Assembly: GCF_964194155.1 (NCBI RefSeq)
Contig: NC_135898.1
Span: 48,360,001 to 48,424,000 of the forward strand
Reading direction: 5' to 3'
DNA: 64,000 nucleotides
Origin: Cetorhinus maximus
Taxonomy: Eukaryota
The notes under the pieces are model-generated. The model was not told where the DNA came from, searched no databases, and was given only the letters and a program-made list of their open reading frames with translations. Position 1 is the first letter of the stretch. Each line of letters starts with the position of its first letter. Below, in pieces: positions 39,169-52,600 of the stretch. The position numbers and the translations under genes were made by a program.

Positions 39169-40789
39169 CTTAAACAAAGAGCAAGTGTCTCGATCCAAAT
39201 GAGGTATAGCATTTCCTCAATCATTGACAAAATGCTAATTCTGATCATTTACATGGGAGCTTTTTGTTATTGCTTTTATCATATTATCTCTTTCGACTCA
39301 ATTTCCAGAGCAGCTGTAGCTCAAACATTGACCGACTGCCTATTACAGTAGTGTAATCAAGAGCGAAGGCCTTGTAATTATTCTGCATTAATTCCAGATC
39401 AGGTAACATACAGCCCAAAATATCACAATGGCATCCCAGTTCTTGTTCAGAATGAGAAAACTGACCATGAAGCTGATTTGGGGTGTCATCAAAAATGACT
39501 TCGCTGATCTACACATGAAAGTCTTCCATCTTGAGATAATGTTTCGTGTGTTTAATGTAAATGTCACTACCCTTCACTGGGGCTTAATGGTCTCATTTTG
39601 AGTTAGCACTAAGGCATGATATGAACCAAACTAGGCACCTGCACACTGCTGGAGAGAAAACAAAGGCATTTAATTTGTAGGCCATGCAGAACAAAGGTTG
39701 CCCCTGGCATTCCCAGAGCCCTCAATGCTACTCCATATTCTAGGCTTGAGTGAACACTGATAAGTGATAACCCAACATATGGCCAAAGTTAAAGAGTTCC
39801 TTTTGTTACGGAACTGTCTGTAAACCTAATTCATGATATAAAAGCAGGTAATTCATGCCACCGCTACAAGATTGTGATTTTTATCTCCATGGTAACACTG
39901 ACTGGGTAACTCACTTAATGTGGCAACTGTACATTCTGTTTGTCTCACTCATGTTCTTCTGAGGGGGTTTCAGAAATAGTTGTTTTGTATAATCTCGCCA
40001 TGCTTTTTAAATCTGAAAGAGAATTAAAACCTTTGCCCATCACCAGATAACATCAGTAAGATACTGTGGGATAGGAATTAGATCTGTTTTCCAAGTATAA
40101 AAGCTAATTTTGAGGACCAACATCCTGCACCCCAAAGATGCTTGAAAGGCATGTGGCTTGATGTTGGGTTGGCTCATTTTTCAGGCACCTGGGGTGTAGC
40201 CACCTAAAACAGGCTTTAGGCCGCTGTTTAAAGACTCCTCTCTTAAATTAGGGTGTCCTAATGGAGCAGGCGCCAAACGTGCTGTGCTCATCTGGCACTG
40301 GCTAACAAACAACTACTACTGAGAAGCCGAGTAATTTTCCTTTTGACATTTGATGTAGAGTCAACATGAGCAGGAATGCCCCTTCCATCTTCACAGCACA
40401 TCTGACAGCCATGGCCATCCAGCGACCCCTCCCACTCTCCTAGCCTTTCTGCCAGCACTCACCTGAGGACAGCTGCCAATGAGGCAACAGGTAGCCCAAA
40501 ATTGGATTCCACAATGAGGGCGATAGGTGCTGGCTAACTCATTGGAAATAATATTAGGCCTGAGGACCAATTTCAGGAGCTTCTCAGGCCAGTCTCGTCT
40601 GGCTCATGTGGTTCCCCCAGCTGGTGGTGTGGTGCAATTCTCAGCCAGCAAAATTAAATCTTGCTTCAAGCTGCAAATCATATTTGAACAACCAGGAAAA
40701 ACTCTCCATATCTGGCACTTACACCTAAGTACATAATAATCCTCCTGGCTGGAAAATTTAGAATATTTTGAGAGCACAGGCAGGACTAT

Positions 40790-40995
40790 CTACAATCTCA
40801 AAGCATGCAGCAGTTGAGGCGAATAGCATAGATGCATTTAAAGGGAAGTTAAGTAAACACATGAGGGAGAAATAAATAGAAGGTTAGGCTGATCAGGCTG
40901 GATGAAATAGGGTGGAAGGATCATAAACACTGACATGGGCCAGCTGGGCCGAACGTTCTTTTCAGTGTTGATATTTCTATGTAATTCTATGTGAT
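40790..40995 (+). mobile_element. CR1 (HER1-like) 3' tail
   Basis: gaggcgaatagcatagatgcatttaaagggaag..gggccgaa..tctatgtaattctatg. Confidence 0.7.
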
Positions 40996-42670
40996 TAGAA
41001 AAGGTTTATAAAATGCCTAAGAAGTAGAGTGGAGCCTGTGAGCATATTTTAGAACTGGCTTGACTTTGGATGTTCAAAGCTATTTTCCAATGCCAAATCT
41101 TAACTTTCGAACAATTGCCACCAGGGAGAAATACACCCAACGGCATCTTTCATTGACTTCCCAGAGATCCATTTGTCAGTTTGGAGGGTTTTTTTTTAAA
41201 TACTGTGACAATTCCCTCTCTTGTTTGGTCATTTCCTAATTACGCTAACAGATATCATCGGTTTAGCAGTGACAGTAACACTTCCATTAGTCTCCGTGCC
41301 CCTTGTTTCTCAGTGGAACATTGGGCCACTCCTTATGTAACCTTCTGGGTTGGGTTGGGCTGCCTTCAATTTGTGTTGTGGCCTAGACCTGATGAAGTGG
41401 TGCGGGGCAGAGATACTGGCGGGAGTGCCAGTGCCTTCAGGGGGCAAACAGTTAAAACTATTGGAGTAAAGGAAGGGACAATTGTTATTATTTATTAATA
41501 TAAAATTGTAAAATAATTATTTTTAAAATACATATATATTGGGAAAAAACCCATTTCACAACACAGTTAGAACTTCTATACTCCATCTGTTGTGTTAATT
41601 GATTTAATTTATCTTGGGTTCATGGTTTTAAAATATCCAATGACAATGATCTCTTTTACTCCACTTTCTTTATCTGATTCTGACTGCAACAGTTTAGCAT
41701 GATGCTTATTATCCGCATTATTCTGCTTGCCCTGGGTTTTACCATTAATTATCCATTCTCAGATATACTAGTTTGAATCAGCACTACTACATTCTGGGTG
41801 ATCTGGTCCATTCACTCCTTTTGCTGTGCTACCCATACTGCTCCTCAATGATAAAAATATATTTTTTCTGACTATGCACTCACAATTCTCTGCGTTAATT
41901 TGGATCTAATCTCCTGGTAATCCCTTAACATGGATACTGTCCACGTTCACATCTATCAAAAGAAGCCGCTTTCTTTCATCAGGAATAACTTAGGGATGGT
42001 AGAGGCCTCGCTAGGAGAAAGAAAGCAGGAGAGGACAAAGCAAAGTGGAGTGGAGGTTGGCAGAAAGTATAAGTTGCAAAATTGGCATGACCTAGCGTTC
42101 GGTTCTCAATTGTTCTGAATATGAACATTTTGACTTACAGAATTATAACTGGAGGATGAAGTATACTTGTCTTTAAATTTTCCTCTTTGTTATGAGGAGG
42201 CTTTTTATCAGCAATAAATGTATTGTGTGATGTTTTCCAAACAGTTCTCTCTCTGCAACAGTTGACTTTCATTAACTACACCTGTTTAATGTTGGTGTAA
42301 ATCGCCCCCACATGCTTACAGGATGTAGCCTGGACTGACACATTACGTTATACAAAGCCCATGCCTTCTGAAGTAACATTATAACAACAGTCTGGTAGCA
42401 TTTTGTTTTACAGGTTGCATCTGACGAGCTAATTCTTGCACCATGTGATCAAGCGTCACACTGTCACTATAATTTTCCTAAACTAAATGTTCGCATCTAG
42501 ATTAATTTTGGTGGGGGAATCAGGAATCAGATTACCAACCACTAGCACGGGGTCATTTAATAACATTTCACATAGGAAGAGAAGCTGTGAAGCTTCGCTT
42601 GAAGTTTGATATCACTCCGCTGAAGTGCCTTGGGATGTTTTCCTACCTTAAAGGTGCTATTGAAATGCAG

Positions 42671-42953
42671 AAAGTAGTGGAAAAACTCAGCCAGCCTGGC
42701 AACATCTGTGGAGAGAGAAACAGAGTTAATGGCCAGGATTTTCCAGTCCGGTTGTGGCGGGCCCCACCGCGCGAGATTCAATGGGACCGGATGATCCTGG
42801 TGGCAGGTGGGGTCGAAAAATCCCACCCAATGTTTCGAATCCAATATGACTCTTCTTCAGAGCGTTAACTCTGTTTCTTTCTCCAAAGATGCTGAGTTTT
42901 TCCAGCACTTTCTGTTTTTAGTTTCAGGTCTCCAGCATCCACAGTATTTTGCT
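42671..42953. mobile_element. Penelope-like palindromic insertion inside an L2 tail, itself interrupted by a MITE
   Basis: Inverted arms; minus-strand CTGAAGA..GAAAC hammerhead core at ~42832-42860; TSD-like ctattgaaatgca / ctatctaaatgca. Confidence 0.7.
42731..42828. mobile_element. 98-bp Harbinger-type MITE
   Basis: ggccaggatttt / aaaatcccaccc; TSD AAT. Confidence 0.7.
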
Positions 42954-43194
42954 TCTATCTAAATGCACATTGTTGTTGAGCTGCAAAAAATGCATGTGTT
43001 GATAAATGACATTCTTCACAACCTGCCTATGTACCTACAAGTGCCCACTCTCACTCACCCTGACAATAGGATTCATGCTCAGCATTGCACCAAAAATGGA
43101 AAACTAGACCTCAAAAGCTGATAATGGTTAATATTTTTACTGTTTAATATGATGTGCCCAAGGATGCATTTGCCTCTGTGTGAAACAATGTTAT

Positions 43195-43800
43195 GACAAC
43201 AGTAAGTGGCATTTACATGGTGCCTTTTACATATGAAGGTGCTTCACAGGAGTGCTATCAAACAAAAGTTGATATGTGAGCTAAGGCAGGTATTATTAGG
43301 CCTGACAACTAATTAAGGAGAGTGTTAAAGGGAGAGAGAGAGAGAGACAGACAGATAGACAGGAGGAGGGAGAGAGAAGTTTAAGGGGGGAATTCCAGTG
43401 CTTAGACATAGCTGAAGGCACGGCCACCTGTGGTAGGGTGAAGGGAGTGGGGATGCTTAAGGCCTGAGTTGAGAGACTGAAAGCTCTCAGAGGTTTGTAG
43501 AACTGGAGGAGGTTACTGAAATAGGGAAGGGAAAAGCCATGTAGGAATTTGAAAATAAGGATGAGAATTTTAAACTTGAACTGTCGGTGGACCGTGAGCA
43601 CATTGATGGGTGCACGGGGTTTGGTCTGGGTTAGGATATAAGCAACAAAATTTTGAATGAGCTTGATAAGAGAGGGTGGGAGATGGGAGGCCAGCTGGAA
43701 AGCATTGGAGCAGACAATCTAGAGATAGCAACAGTATGAATGAGGATGTCAGCAGCAAAATGGGTCACTGCGGGTTTGGCCAGATACAACAATGTTATGC
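43195..43800 (-). mobile_element. L2 LINE 3' fragment
   Basis: Minus strand FKFKILILIFKFLHG, ISRLDYSNAF-like; L2 tail. Confidence 0.75.
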
Positions 43801-44412
43801 TTTCACTAATTGTGCAGTTGACTTCACGTACCAAATATTATATAACACTGAATTCCTGTCATTCCCACTATTTACTCAACATTGCTCATCAAATTCCAAA
43901 CTATGGAATGGCAGAGGAGGGATAAAGAAAAAAGCTCCACCTATTCCCTGGGATAACTCATTTTAGCTTGTCCGAAGCAAGCATGTGATGTAGAAAGTAT
44001 AACATCAGTACATTTGAGATATGGTTTAGAGCCCAAGAATAGGATGCACAACAACTGAGAATAGACAATCAGGAGTCATCTTCTGAGGACCCTCAGAAGG
44101 AATATAATCCATGGACATAATTTTGAGTCCCCAGTGGGTGGGCGCGATCGGTGGGTCCAGGAGCAGCTGGGAAAGTTGCGACCGCCCGCGATCAGCCCCC
44201 AACCGCAATTTCACGCTGGCAGGTCAATTAAGGCCCACCGAGCGTGAACGGCGGCTCCTCAATGGTCGGGAAGGGGTGGACGAGGGTGGGGGCCTGTTGG
44301 CCGCCGGGTCCAATGGCGACCTGGCGGCTGGTTTAAAAGCAGCACAGTCAGGCTCTGGAAGGCTGCCAGCGATGAAGACATCTTTGGTGTTGTCAACATG
44401 AGATTATAAAGC

Positions 44413-46265
44413 ATGGATTCAAATGTGGCTGCAGCTGCCAGACAGGAGGGCAGATCGGGTGGGCACTCAGCTCCCCTGTTTTCTGATGGAGGAGGGGGCT
44501 GCCAGGAGGATCACCCTTGTTCCCAGGGACGGAAGGAGGAGGCCACCGCACCTTACAAAAAGAGCTTGGGAGGAGGTGTCAGCCGAGGTCAGCAGCCATG
44601 ATGTGGTGCGGCGCACCTGGGCCCAGGTCCGCAAGAGGTTTAATGACCTGCTGCACTGGGGAAGAATGAGTACCGTGTTGGCATGGATCAGTGTGTTGAA
44701 GCGTTAAGGTCTGGCCATCCTCCCGTGGGGCTCAGGGGTGTTAGAGTCTGGGTGCTAATTGTCAATGACGCCGGAGCTGGCCAAGAGGGTGAGCCCTGGC
44801 TGCTTGGACTGAGTGCCTTGCGGCTCGAGTGCCACGACTCAGATGTGCCCTGTAAGGTGTTCCTCAGGTGGGTTGGCCAAGCTGCAATGGCGCTGCAGGT
44901 AGAGAGGGGACTAATTAATGCGCCTCTATCCTTTCAGGAGAAGACGGCCCATAACATCATTGAACAGTCGCAGAGCAGCGGTGGCCCTGCAAACCTCTTA
45001 ATCCTAACCATATACGAGCAGGACACCTTGGAGTTGGAGAGGCGCTCGGTCAACTGGTCGTGGAGAGGCTCGGGTGTCACATGAAGGTAAGAGTGCAGTG
45101 CACAGAGGTAAGGACTTCGGATGGTGCAAACATTCTTGTTTAGTCTCATAATTTTTGGGAGCCTCAAAACAGCAGGCCCCATTGATCATTGAAAAACAAT
45201 GGCACCATGAGGCAGATCTCCATTGTCTCACCAGGGTGCCTGACATGCACAGTGACAGTGTGATGACTTAAACTAATAATATGTCATTTTTCTCCCTTAG
45301 GTTTGCCACCACACAGGACCCCGAAGAGCCACCCGTGACGCTAGAGGACGGTCAGGCTTCACATGCACCTGTGTCACACCCGCTCTCTGAACCAGGCACC
45401 AGCACAAATACCAACACCTCGGTGAGCGTTAAATCTTCGGCTAGAATGTCGGAGCACAGTGGTGAGGGAACTTCACATTCACTTGAGGTGCAGGCAGAGG
45501 CAGAGAGTGTCCAGGGAACTGACAGTCGGAGGACTGCTGGGGACCAGGATGATGCTCAGTCAAAGGCGGATGTTGAGCCTCTGGAGTCATCCATTAAGCA
45601 GCTGATGCTGGATGTTCAGCGAGATGTGGGGGAGGATCTGGCAGAGATCCATGAGGGAATGCGTGCCAAGGTCTCTGTTGTGGAGGAGTCCATGTGGAGC
45701 ATCAGCACTATGTTGACTTTCATGGCCAAGCGCACTGCCTCCTCCATTGAGAAAGTGACAACTCTCATGGAGAAGCCGCTCCAGGAACAGAATCAGGAGC
45801 TCCTGGGGTGTGATCGGATCTGCAAGCTCCTCACACAGGCTCTGACCTCAGGTGGTCAGTGTCTGTGTGGGAGATGAATGAGACACCCAGTATTCAAGCT
45901 AGGTGTCCTTCCATTAATGGTGAGCAAGGAGGTCCAGAGCGACCTCACATTGGCACATGTGATGGCAGCCTGCCATCTATGCGGGCTCCTCTCAGGGTGC
46001 TCTGGATGATGGCAGCAGCTCCTCCGCCCCTCTGCCAGTGACCGTGGCATCTGATGAGGCTGCGGTAACTGGGGAGATGCCAGACGTGGCACTGGCCACT
46101 CCCTCCCAGGCGGGGCCAACATAGGCTCCACTGGTCAGGGGACGACTGCCAAGGTCATCACGGCCAACAAGACAGCAGAGTCAGCAGGCTGCCTGCAATG
46201 CCAGTGCCAGCAAGGGGGAGGCACCAAGACGTAATACCCACGAAACGTAAGTTTAAGGCATTATG
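44413..46265 (+). pseudogene. Harbinger Myb/SANT-like gene, three exons
   Basis: KRAWEEVSAEVSS..RRTWAQVRKRFNDL; exon 2 from 44938 EKTAHN..GGPA; donor 45087, acceptor 45299-45300; S/T-rich linker, coiled coil, basic C-terminus. Confidence 0.85.
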
Positions 46266-46845
46266 AACACAAGAGGGACTGGTCATGGGCAATCTTCCGT
46301 TGTGCACTGTTTTGTTTAATTTAACTGGTCTGGGGTTGAAGACCAGAGAAGATTCTGTTAATTTCTTTTGACTGTCAACATGAGATAAATTTTCTTTTGT
46401 CATAATGGCCTGAGTATGCTTCACCTGTTTTATTTAATGTGGTGCAGGGTACGCCAGTAAGTAATGCTGGACGTGAGTGGCTCAAAACTTTATTGCACAG
46501 GCAGGGAGTGGACTTTGGAATCAAAGGAAAGGGTTTTTTCAGACACCCGGGATGGAGGCAGCAGCTGTGGCATGAGGTGGTAGCGCTTATTTGGCAGCCA
46601 AGCTGAAGGAGCATTGGATCAAGGCATCCCTGGTGTCCCTGCCTCCCTGGAGGTTACCGAGGTCTGCCTCCACGCCCTCAGTGTTCTCCTCACTGTGCTC
46701 CTCTTCTGACTCACTAATGGATTCATCATCTGTGGCCTGTGTAGCTGCTTCAAGGTCCTCTTCCTCCAGTGGGTCCCCCCTTGCCAATGAGAGATTGTGG
46801 AGAACGCAGCATGCAATCACTATCAGTGACACCAGCTCCGGGAGT

Positions 46846-47101
46846 CATAATAATTATGGTTTTATTTACTGTGCAATGTACCTTTAAGAACAATACATGT
46901 TAGGCAAGATCACATGATCTTTAGTAACCAATAGGAGAGTAGCGCAGGCTACCTCAGCAGTCAGTGTAAAGATAGAGTTGGAGTTGAAAGCACATGTGTA
47001 GCTGTTGATGAGTATATTGTAAATAAACTTAATGTTTCCACCCAAGAGGTGTCTGCAGATCAACTCTATCACTAATAGTACAACTCGGCCAACCTACAAT
47101 A
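46846..47101 (+). mobile_element. Solo LTR of Gypsy B family
   Basis: Reverse complement of 54626-54880; 6-bp TSD gggagt/ggggat. Confidence 0.88.
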
Positions 47102-48062
47102 GGGGATATTGTAGTTCTCCCCCTGAATGGTCCAGGCATCGGAAGCGAATCTTCAGAAGACCTATGGTTCTCTCTGTCACTGCCCTTGTGGAGGCGTGAC
47201 TCCTATTATAACGCTGCTCTGCATCTGTTCTTGGGCGGCGGAGAGGTGTCATATCCACCTCTTCAATGGATAGCCCTTGTCACCCAGCAGCCATCCATCC
47301 AGTTTGCCTGGAGCACTGATGAGCCTCGGCACCTGAGAGTGTCTGAGGATATAAGCGTCTTGGGAGCTGCCAGGGTACCTTGGGCAGACTTGTAGGATCA
47401 GCATCCTGTGATCAAACGCTATCTGCACGTTCATGGAGTGGAAGCCCTTCCTGTTGACGAAGACACCGGGCTCACCCGCTGGCGCCTTGATGGCCACATG
47501 TGTACAGTCTATTGCACCCTGGACACGGGGGAAGCCAGCAATGGCCGCGAAGCCTCTGGCTCGCTGTATCTGGCTGGCCTCATCCACACGGAAATGAATG
47601 AAAGTCAATACCCGCCTGAACAGAGCTTCTGTCACCATCTTGATGCAACTGTGGACAGCTGATTGAGAGACTTCACACAGAACCCCCACTGACCCCTGGA
47701 AAGATTCGTATGCACGGAAGTTGAGGGTCACTGTAACCTCCAGAGCCACTGGCATGGGGTGTCCACCCATACAGTCAGAGGTGATCTCAGGCCCAATGAT
47801 CAGACAAATGGAGGTCACTGTCTCCCTTGAGAGGCAGAGCCTCCTTCGGCATTGCATCTCACATATTGAGGTAGCTGCATCGCTGCCTGTAAACCCTGGC
47901 AGCAGGATAGTGGTGTCTTCTGCAGCCCCTAACGCCTTGGACTGCCAGCTGGCCCTGCGCCCCTTGTGCCTGCGCCTCTCCGCCCACAGGTCACTTCCTC
48001 GAAAGCTGCACTGGGACACCTGGCCTCCTCTCATTTCTGCCCCTCTCTTCCTCCTCAGAGGA

Positions 48063-48311
48063 GTTTTTTCTTTACTCGTTCATGGGATGTGGGCTTTGCT
48101 GGCTCAGCCAGCATTTATTGCCCATCCCCAAGTGCCCTTGTTCAGAGGATATTTAAGAGTCAATCACATTGCTGTTGGTCTGGAGTCACATGTAGGCCGA
48201 CTAGGTAAAGGTGGCAGATTTCCTTTTCTAATGGACATTAGTGAGCCAGATGGGTTTTCATGGCAATCGGCAATGGTTTCACGGTCACCATTAGACTTTT
48301 AATTCCAGATT
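48063..48311 (-). mobile_element. SINE (5'-truncated) with CR1-family-1 tail
   Basis: Reverse-complement homology to 58640-58880. Confidence 0.82.
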
Positions 48312-49083
48312 AGGTACCACCAGTGGAAACCACAATCCCCATTACCAGGGGAACAGAAGGCTGTCTGATACCTGGAAGGGTCCTCACAGCCTGAATCCTC
48401 CAGGGACCTTTGGAGACACCAAGGAATCCTGAAATGAAGCCTGGGAATGCTAGTAATGAAGCCCCGAACAGGGATGAAGCTGCCATATACTAATGAGTCA
48501 CCAGCAGCAAACTATCTACCAAAATCCTCACTACTCACAATGGCAACGCTGCTGACCCTTTTTATCCCATCCGTGGATGCGGTTTTTGAAATTGTCAGCT
48601 GGCCGCCTGCCTGTTTTGCCTGTGCGAAGAGCGTGAAATCGCATGGGCAATGAAAAGTCAGCGTCAATTGACTTTTTAATGGCCTTAACTGACCTCTTAA
48701 TTAATGTCGGGCGCGGCTCCAGTACCAGCGCGCACCTGCCGACCGAAATATCGCACAAGTGCACAATGATGTCAGGATGCTTGCCCAACATCATCACGCA
48801 CTATTTTACGCTCGAGCGGGTCGGGCACATGCCCGCCTGATCAGGGAAAAATTCTGTCCTATATTCCAAAGAACTTTATCATGTATTTCATTTACACCAC
48901 ATTGTGACAAAAGTGATTTGCTAAGATTAGCAAGGTATAAGATTCTTTAATTCTGTCAATGTACAAAAAAAAACAGCTTCACTCATTCAGTTATTGTTGA
49001 AATTTGTTGGTCTAAGTGTTCAAGGAAGGGAGGTTAAACAACTCAATTCAAATACAAACATCCTTTAGGATTTATCAAGCTAG

Positions 49084-49171
49084 GGGTGGAATTTTCGATT
49101 TGGGTCGAGCTGTTCAAAAGTCCATTGACTTTGGCAGGACCATAAAATCCTGCCAGCGTCGAAATCCACCC
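49084..49171. mobile_element. 88-bp Harbinger-type MITE
   Basis: gggtggaattttcga / tcgaaatccaccc; TSD TAG/TAT. Confidence 0.65.
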
Positions 49172-49407
49172 TATGTTTTTGATTGGTAGACCTCTTTTTG
49201 ATTTAACACAGTTATCGAAATTCATTTGGTCTTGGTTACTTTGTTGAAGTCTGCAATTTGTCAGCCTTTTGTAAATGAAGCCCAAGGCATAATATCTGGT
49301 GTGTCTTGAGCCCATCTGTTCCACTGCAAACGACACATTAAATACATTGCGCATGGATTGTAAAGTAGTTTAGATGAGTTACTTTATGTTTTTGGTTATC
49401 AGGTTCA

Positions 49408-49678
49408 CGTTGTCCAGTGAACGCTTGCTGCGCCTTTGTTATTAACACATTAGTTGGTGCTTGAAACAATATGGGCAGAGAGATCGATTAACTGAACTAA
49501 CACTGGTAGTTTATTGGAACCAAGAACAGAGCACGAACACCATGTGTGCTTCTTCAATCACTTCCAGCTCTAGATTTATTTACCCAAGAAGCCCAAGCTG
49601 TGTAGCGATTGGTCAATACAGTCACATGGTCAAATAACTACATTCTCTTAAAGGTACATAGCACTCCATTTTACCACA
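49408..49678 (-). mobile_element. Solo LTR (related Gypsy subfamily)
   Basis: cgttg..ccaca; 6-bp TSD ggttca/agttca; shares catgtgtgcttc, attggt and cttaaaggtacat with the LTR at 54626. Confidence 0.65.
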
Positions 49679-52600
49679 AGTTCACTGTTGACTTTTTTTA
49701 AAAATTGCTTTTGTAGTTTGTTCTTTATTATATAAATAATCAAGTGTGGCAAAGTGACAGATAACACTAAGCCAGTGTGAACATTACAGAAGATTATATG
49801 TCGCCACATTCATAGTAGGTGAGTGACTTCCCTCACTTCCCATGTTGCGGGAGGTTTTCATTGATGAATGGGTAGCATTATGCCTACATTTGTTGAAAAC
49901 CATCGTTTCCCTGCAACTACCAATAGTAGCAGGTCAAAGTGAACTTAACAGAAGGAAAATGTAATAGGGTGTGGGTTTTTTTCAGCAGTTTCTCACGAAG
50001 GCTTGTAAACTCATGTCGACTGTTGACTAAAGTATTATGCGAAGACTTAGACTTTCAGCCAAGAATCAAAGGCAAGAAAAAGCAACATGCAAATTATTCC
50101 ATGCTATTAGCACACATCCCTTAGGGACTCAATCACATGCAGGGCAGGCAGAGTCCTGTTGAATGGCCTATGGTATTGCAAACGCCTACAGAAAGATAAA
50201 ATCTAAATGAAGAGGCAAAGGCCATCAGTGGCGGCCACTGCCAAGACTGTAATGAGCAGGAGAAAAGACAAAATAAATCATTAAGTTGTAATGAGAGAAC
50301 ATCAAGCTTGGGTGAAAAGTTCAAGAATGGTTATGAGGGAAAGGGGGAAAGTGATTGTGACGCAGGTAGAATACTACTAACTGAGTCAGCCAGCTTCCTC
50401 AAGTATTTCATATGCTCGTTTTTGTTTAACAGCCAATGTTTAAAATACATTATAATGCAATGTTTAAAAGTGAAACACTCTTCAGATTTTTGAAATGCTT
50501 TCATTATTACTCATTTATAATATTCATAGATTATGAGACAGATCTTGTTTAAAATATTAAAGGAAAACATTAAAAATGTAAGAAAGACTTAAAAGCCTAT
50601 TCTGCGGTATGCAACCAATTTTCAGAAATATTACAGCTGCATATATGCACATAACTTTTGATTGCATTTATATGAGAGGAACATGATTAGCAAGTTAAAT
50701 ATACTGTAATACCGTCTTCACTATCCTGCAATCGCTATTTCCCAGCATACTTTCCACACTGTGGAAGAAAAAAAGTCCTTAAAATGGTACTTTTAAGATT
50801 GCTGTGCGATAGAGGCTGCAGCAGTAATTATGAGCAGTGAAGCATGGAATCAATACATAATGCCTATTTAGATATAGCAGATTAACTTAACTACCACGTT
50901 TAATGGTCTCTAAGCACTTTCTAAAAAAAAATTCTTCAATCATCTTTTTTTAATTTTGCTATTTTACACATTCTTATTTGGTTTTCCTGTGACTCAGCAG
51001 CAGTTTTGAATTAATTTTTGATAGCGGGCTATATGATTATGATACTTGAGCTGTACATCCTTCATCACCCTTTGTCCTCTGTCTCGCTAAGTGGGTCTGT
51101 TTGCCAGCATTTCACTACGGAAAAGAGCTAGATTTACCACCAATCGACTTTGAATGGACGAAATGTCTAGTCCATTAAGGTAAAGTACAGACTACAATAT
51201 GCAGCACTCTAGGCCATTTACCAAGCATCAAATGACTGTCATACACAATGGGGTGAATTTTGTGCTGATTGCGCAGGCACAAAAAGGCCACAAAAAGAAT
51301 TGAATAATTATATGAGCAGGCCTAAAGCTTGTTTTGAGCAACACAATTCTTCACTTTGGCTGCATTTTGTGTGCTGCAGAGAGCACAATTAGGGTGTGTT
51401 TTATAAATTCATGCTCTCGACACCAAGCTCCATCTGGAATACGATCAGGAATTTGGTCAGGGAGGTAAGTGGCCATTAAAGGATTTTCTAACCAAATTTC
51501 ATTTGTTTTCTGCATTTCAGGAAGTGGAAGAGATGTTGATGGCAGTGATGTGGTCATTTGACCAGCATATTCTTACTCCCCTTCTGCCACCCCCATTTGC
51601 TGCATCTCACCTGCGCACGTGTCTCACCCAGTGCTCCCTCTTCAAGCTTGATAACTGCACCCTCTGGAATATGTGCAGCAGAGCTTGTACCTGATAATGT
51701 CCATGACAGAGACACAGGGGCAGTGTCTTTGAGTTGCTGGTAGGCTGCTCTTCCAGGCTCATTATGAAAGGCAACAAATTAACATTGCAATGTTGGCTGA
51801 AAGAGGTACTTTCAAGCACAGCTTACCTTGTGATAGATTGTAGGCTATATTTATAAGTTTGTTTGCGTTCCTGTATGATAGTGAGCATGAAGAGACAAGA
51901 AGAAAAAGCATAATAGTACTATCATAAAGCTAATGGAAAAAGCTTGGAGTTTCACATCCCCCATTTCTCTCGATTCTTATTGGAAGTGTAAAGGGCTGTG
52001 ACTCCTTGCTCCATTTGGGATCTGTTCCCTCACATCATGCACATGACCTTGAGATGTTCTGAGTTGAAGGAGCATGTAAAGTGGTAGATTTATATCTCAC
52101 CCACAACCAATCTGAATGTCAGAAAGTGACCCTGTGCCACACAACTTTGCTGGGTCCAAATCAGTGGATATGTGAAGCTTTGAAAACTTTCAATACGCCA
52201 GGGCTACCAGTTGTAAGTTTCAGTTTGAAAATAAATCATTCTTAATGAATGAGGTGCTATGAAAGAGTTGCAATATTTCAAGGGTACAACATGGGCCAGC
52301 AGTAAGTGCACAACTGGGTGACAGGCAGTGGTTATGTATAGATGGGCCACCTCCTGGTTAGTCACACTTTTGGATAACTTTTCTTGGTGGCGGCATGAGG
52401 TGTGTCATCTTGTTCTGCATCCCAGGTACAGTGTGGTATTAGCTTTAACTCTGGAAAATATCCTGAGCCTAGATGCCATACTACTGTGCTCTGGGGAGAC
52501 TGTCCTTTAGTACAAAAAATAGCCTTTCCATACTTCGTATAGTAACAGATTTATTTCTCCAAACACCAATCAGGGTTGAGAGCTGAATCAGGTTCCTACA

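Larger units (their letters stand above)
46587..48342 (-). pseudogene. HARBI1-like DDE transposase (interrupted by a solo LTR and a SINE)
   Basis: RRLCLSRETV..GFPRVQGAIDCTHVAIKAP..FVNRKGFHSMNVQ..YPGSSQDAYIL..LLGDKGYPL..ACCVLHNL. Confidence 0.93.
44113..48859. mobile_element. PIF/Harbinger DNA transposon, family B, full two-gene architecture (decayed)
   Basis: TIRs ggacataatttt / aaaattctgtcc; TSD CAT/TAT; Myb gene on + and HARBI1-like gene on -, convergent. Confidence 0.92.

Noticed and set aside
47249-48034. 261-aa ORF as a functional domesticated HARBI1 gene
   Set aside because: It lies within TIRs and a TSD, and is broken by frameshifts, a SINE and an LTR.
50190-50366. Purine-rich open stretch ending at cag|gtag
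   Set aside because: No strong acceptor, an in-frame stop just upstream, and no recognisable protein.
51520-51872. Exon-like segments on both strands
   Set aside because: The plus-strand frame from the acceptor stops before a donor, the minus-strand 44-nt candidate is too short to assess, and there is no recognisable homology.
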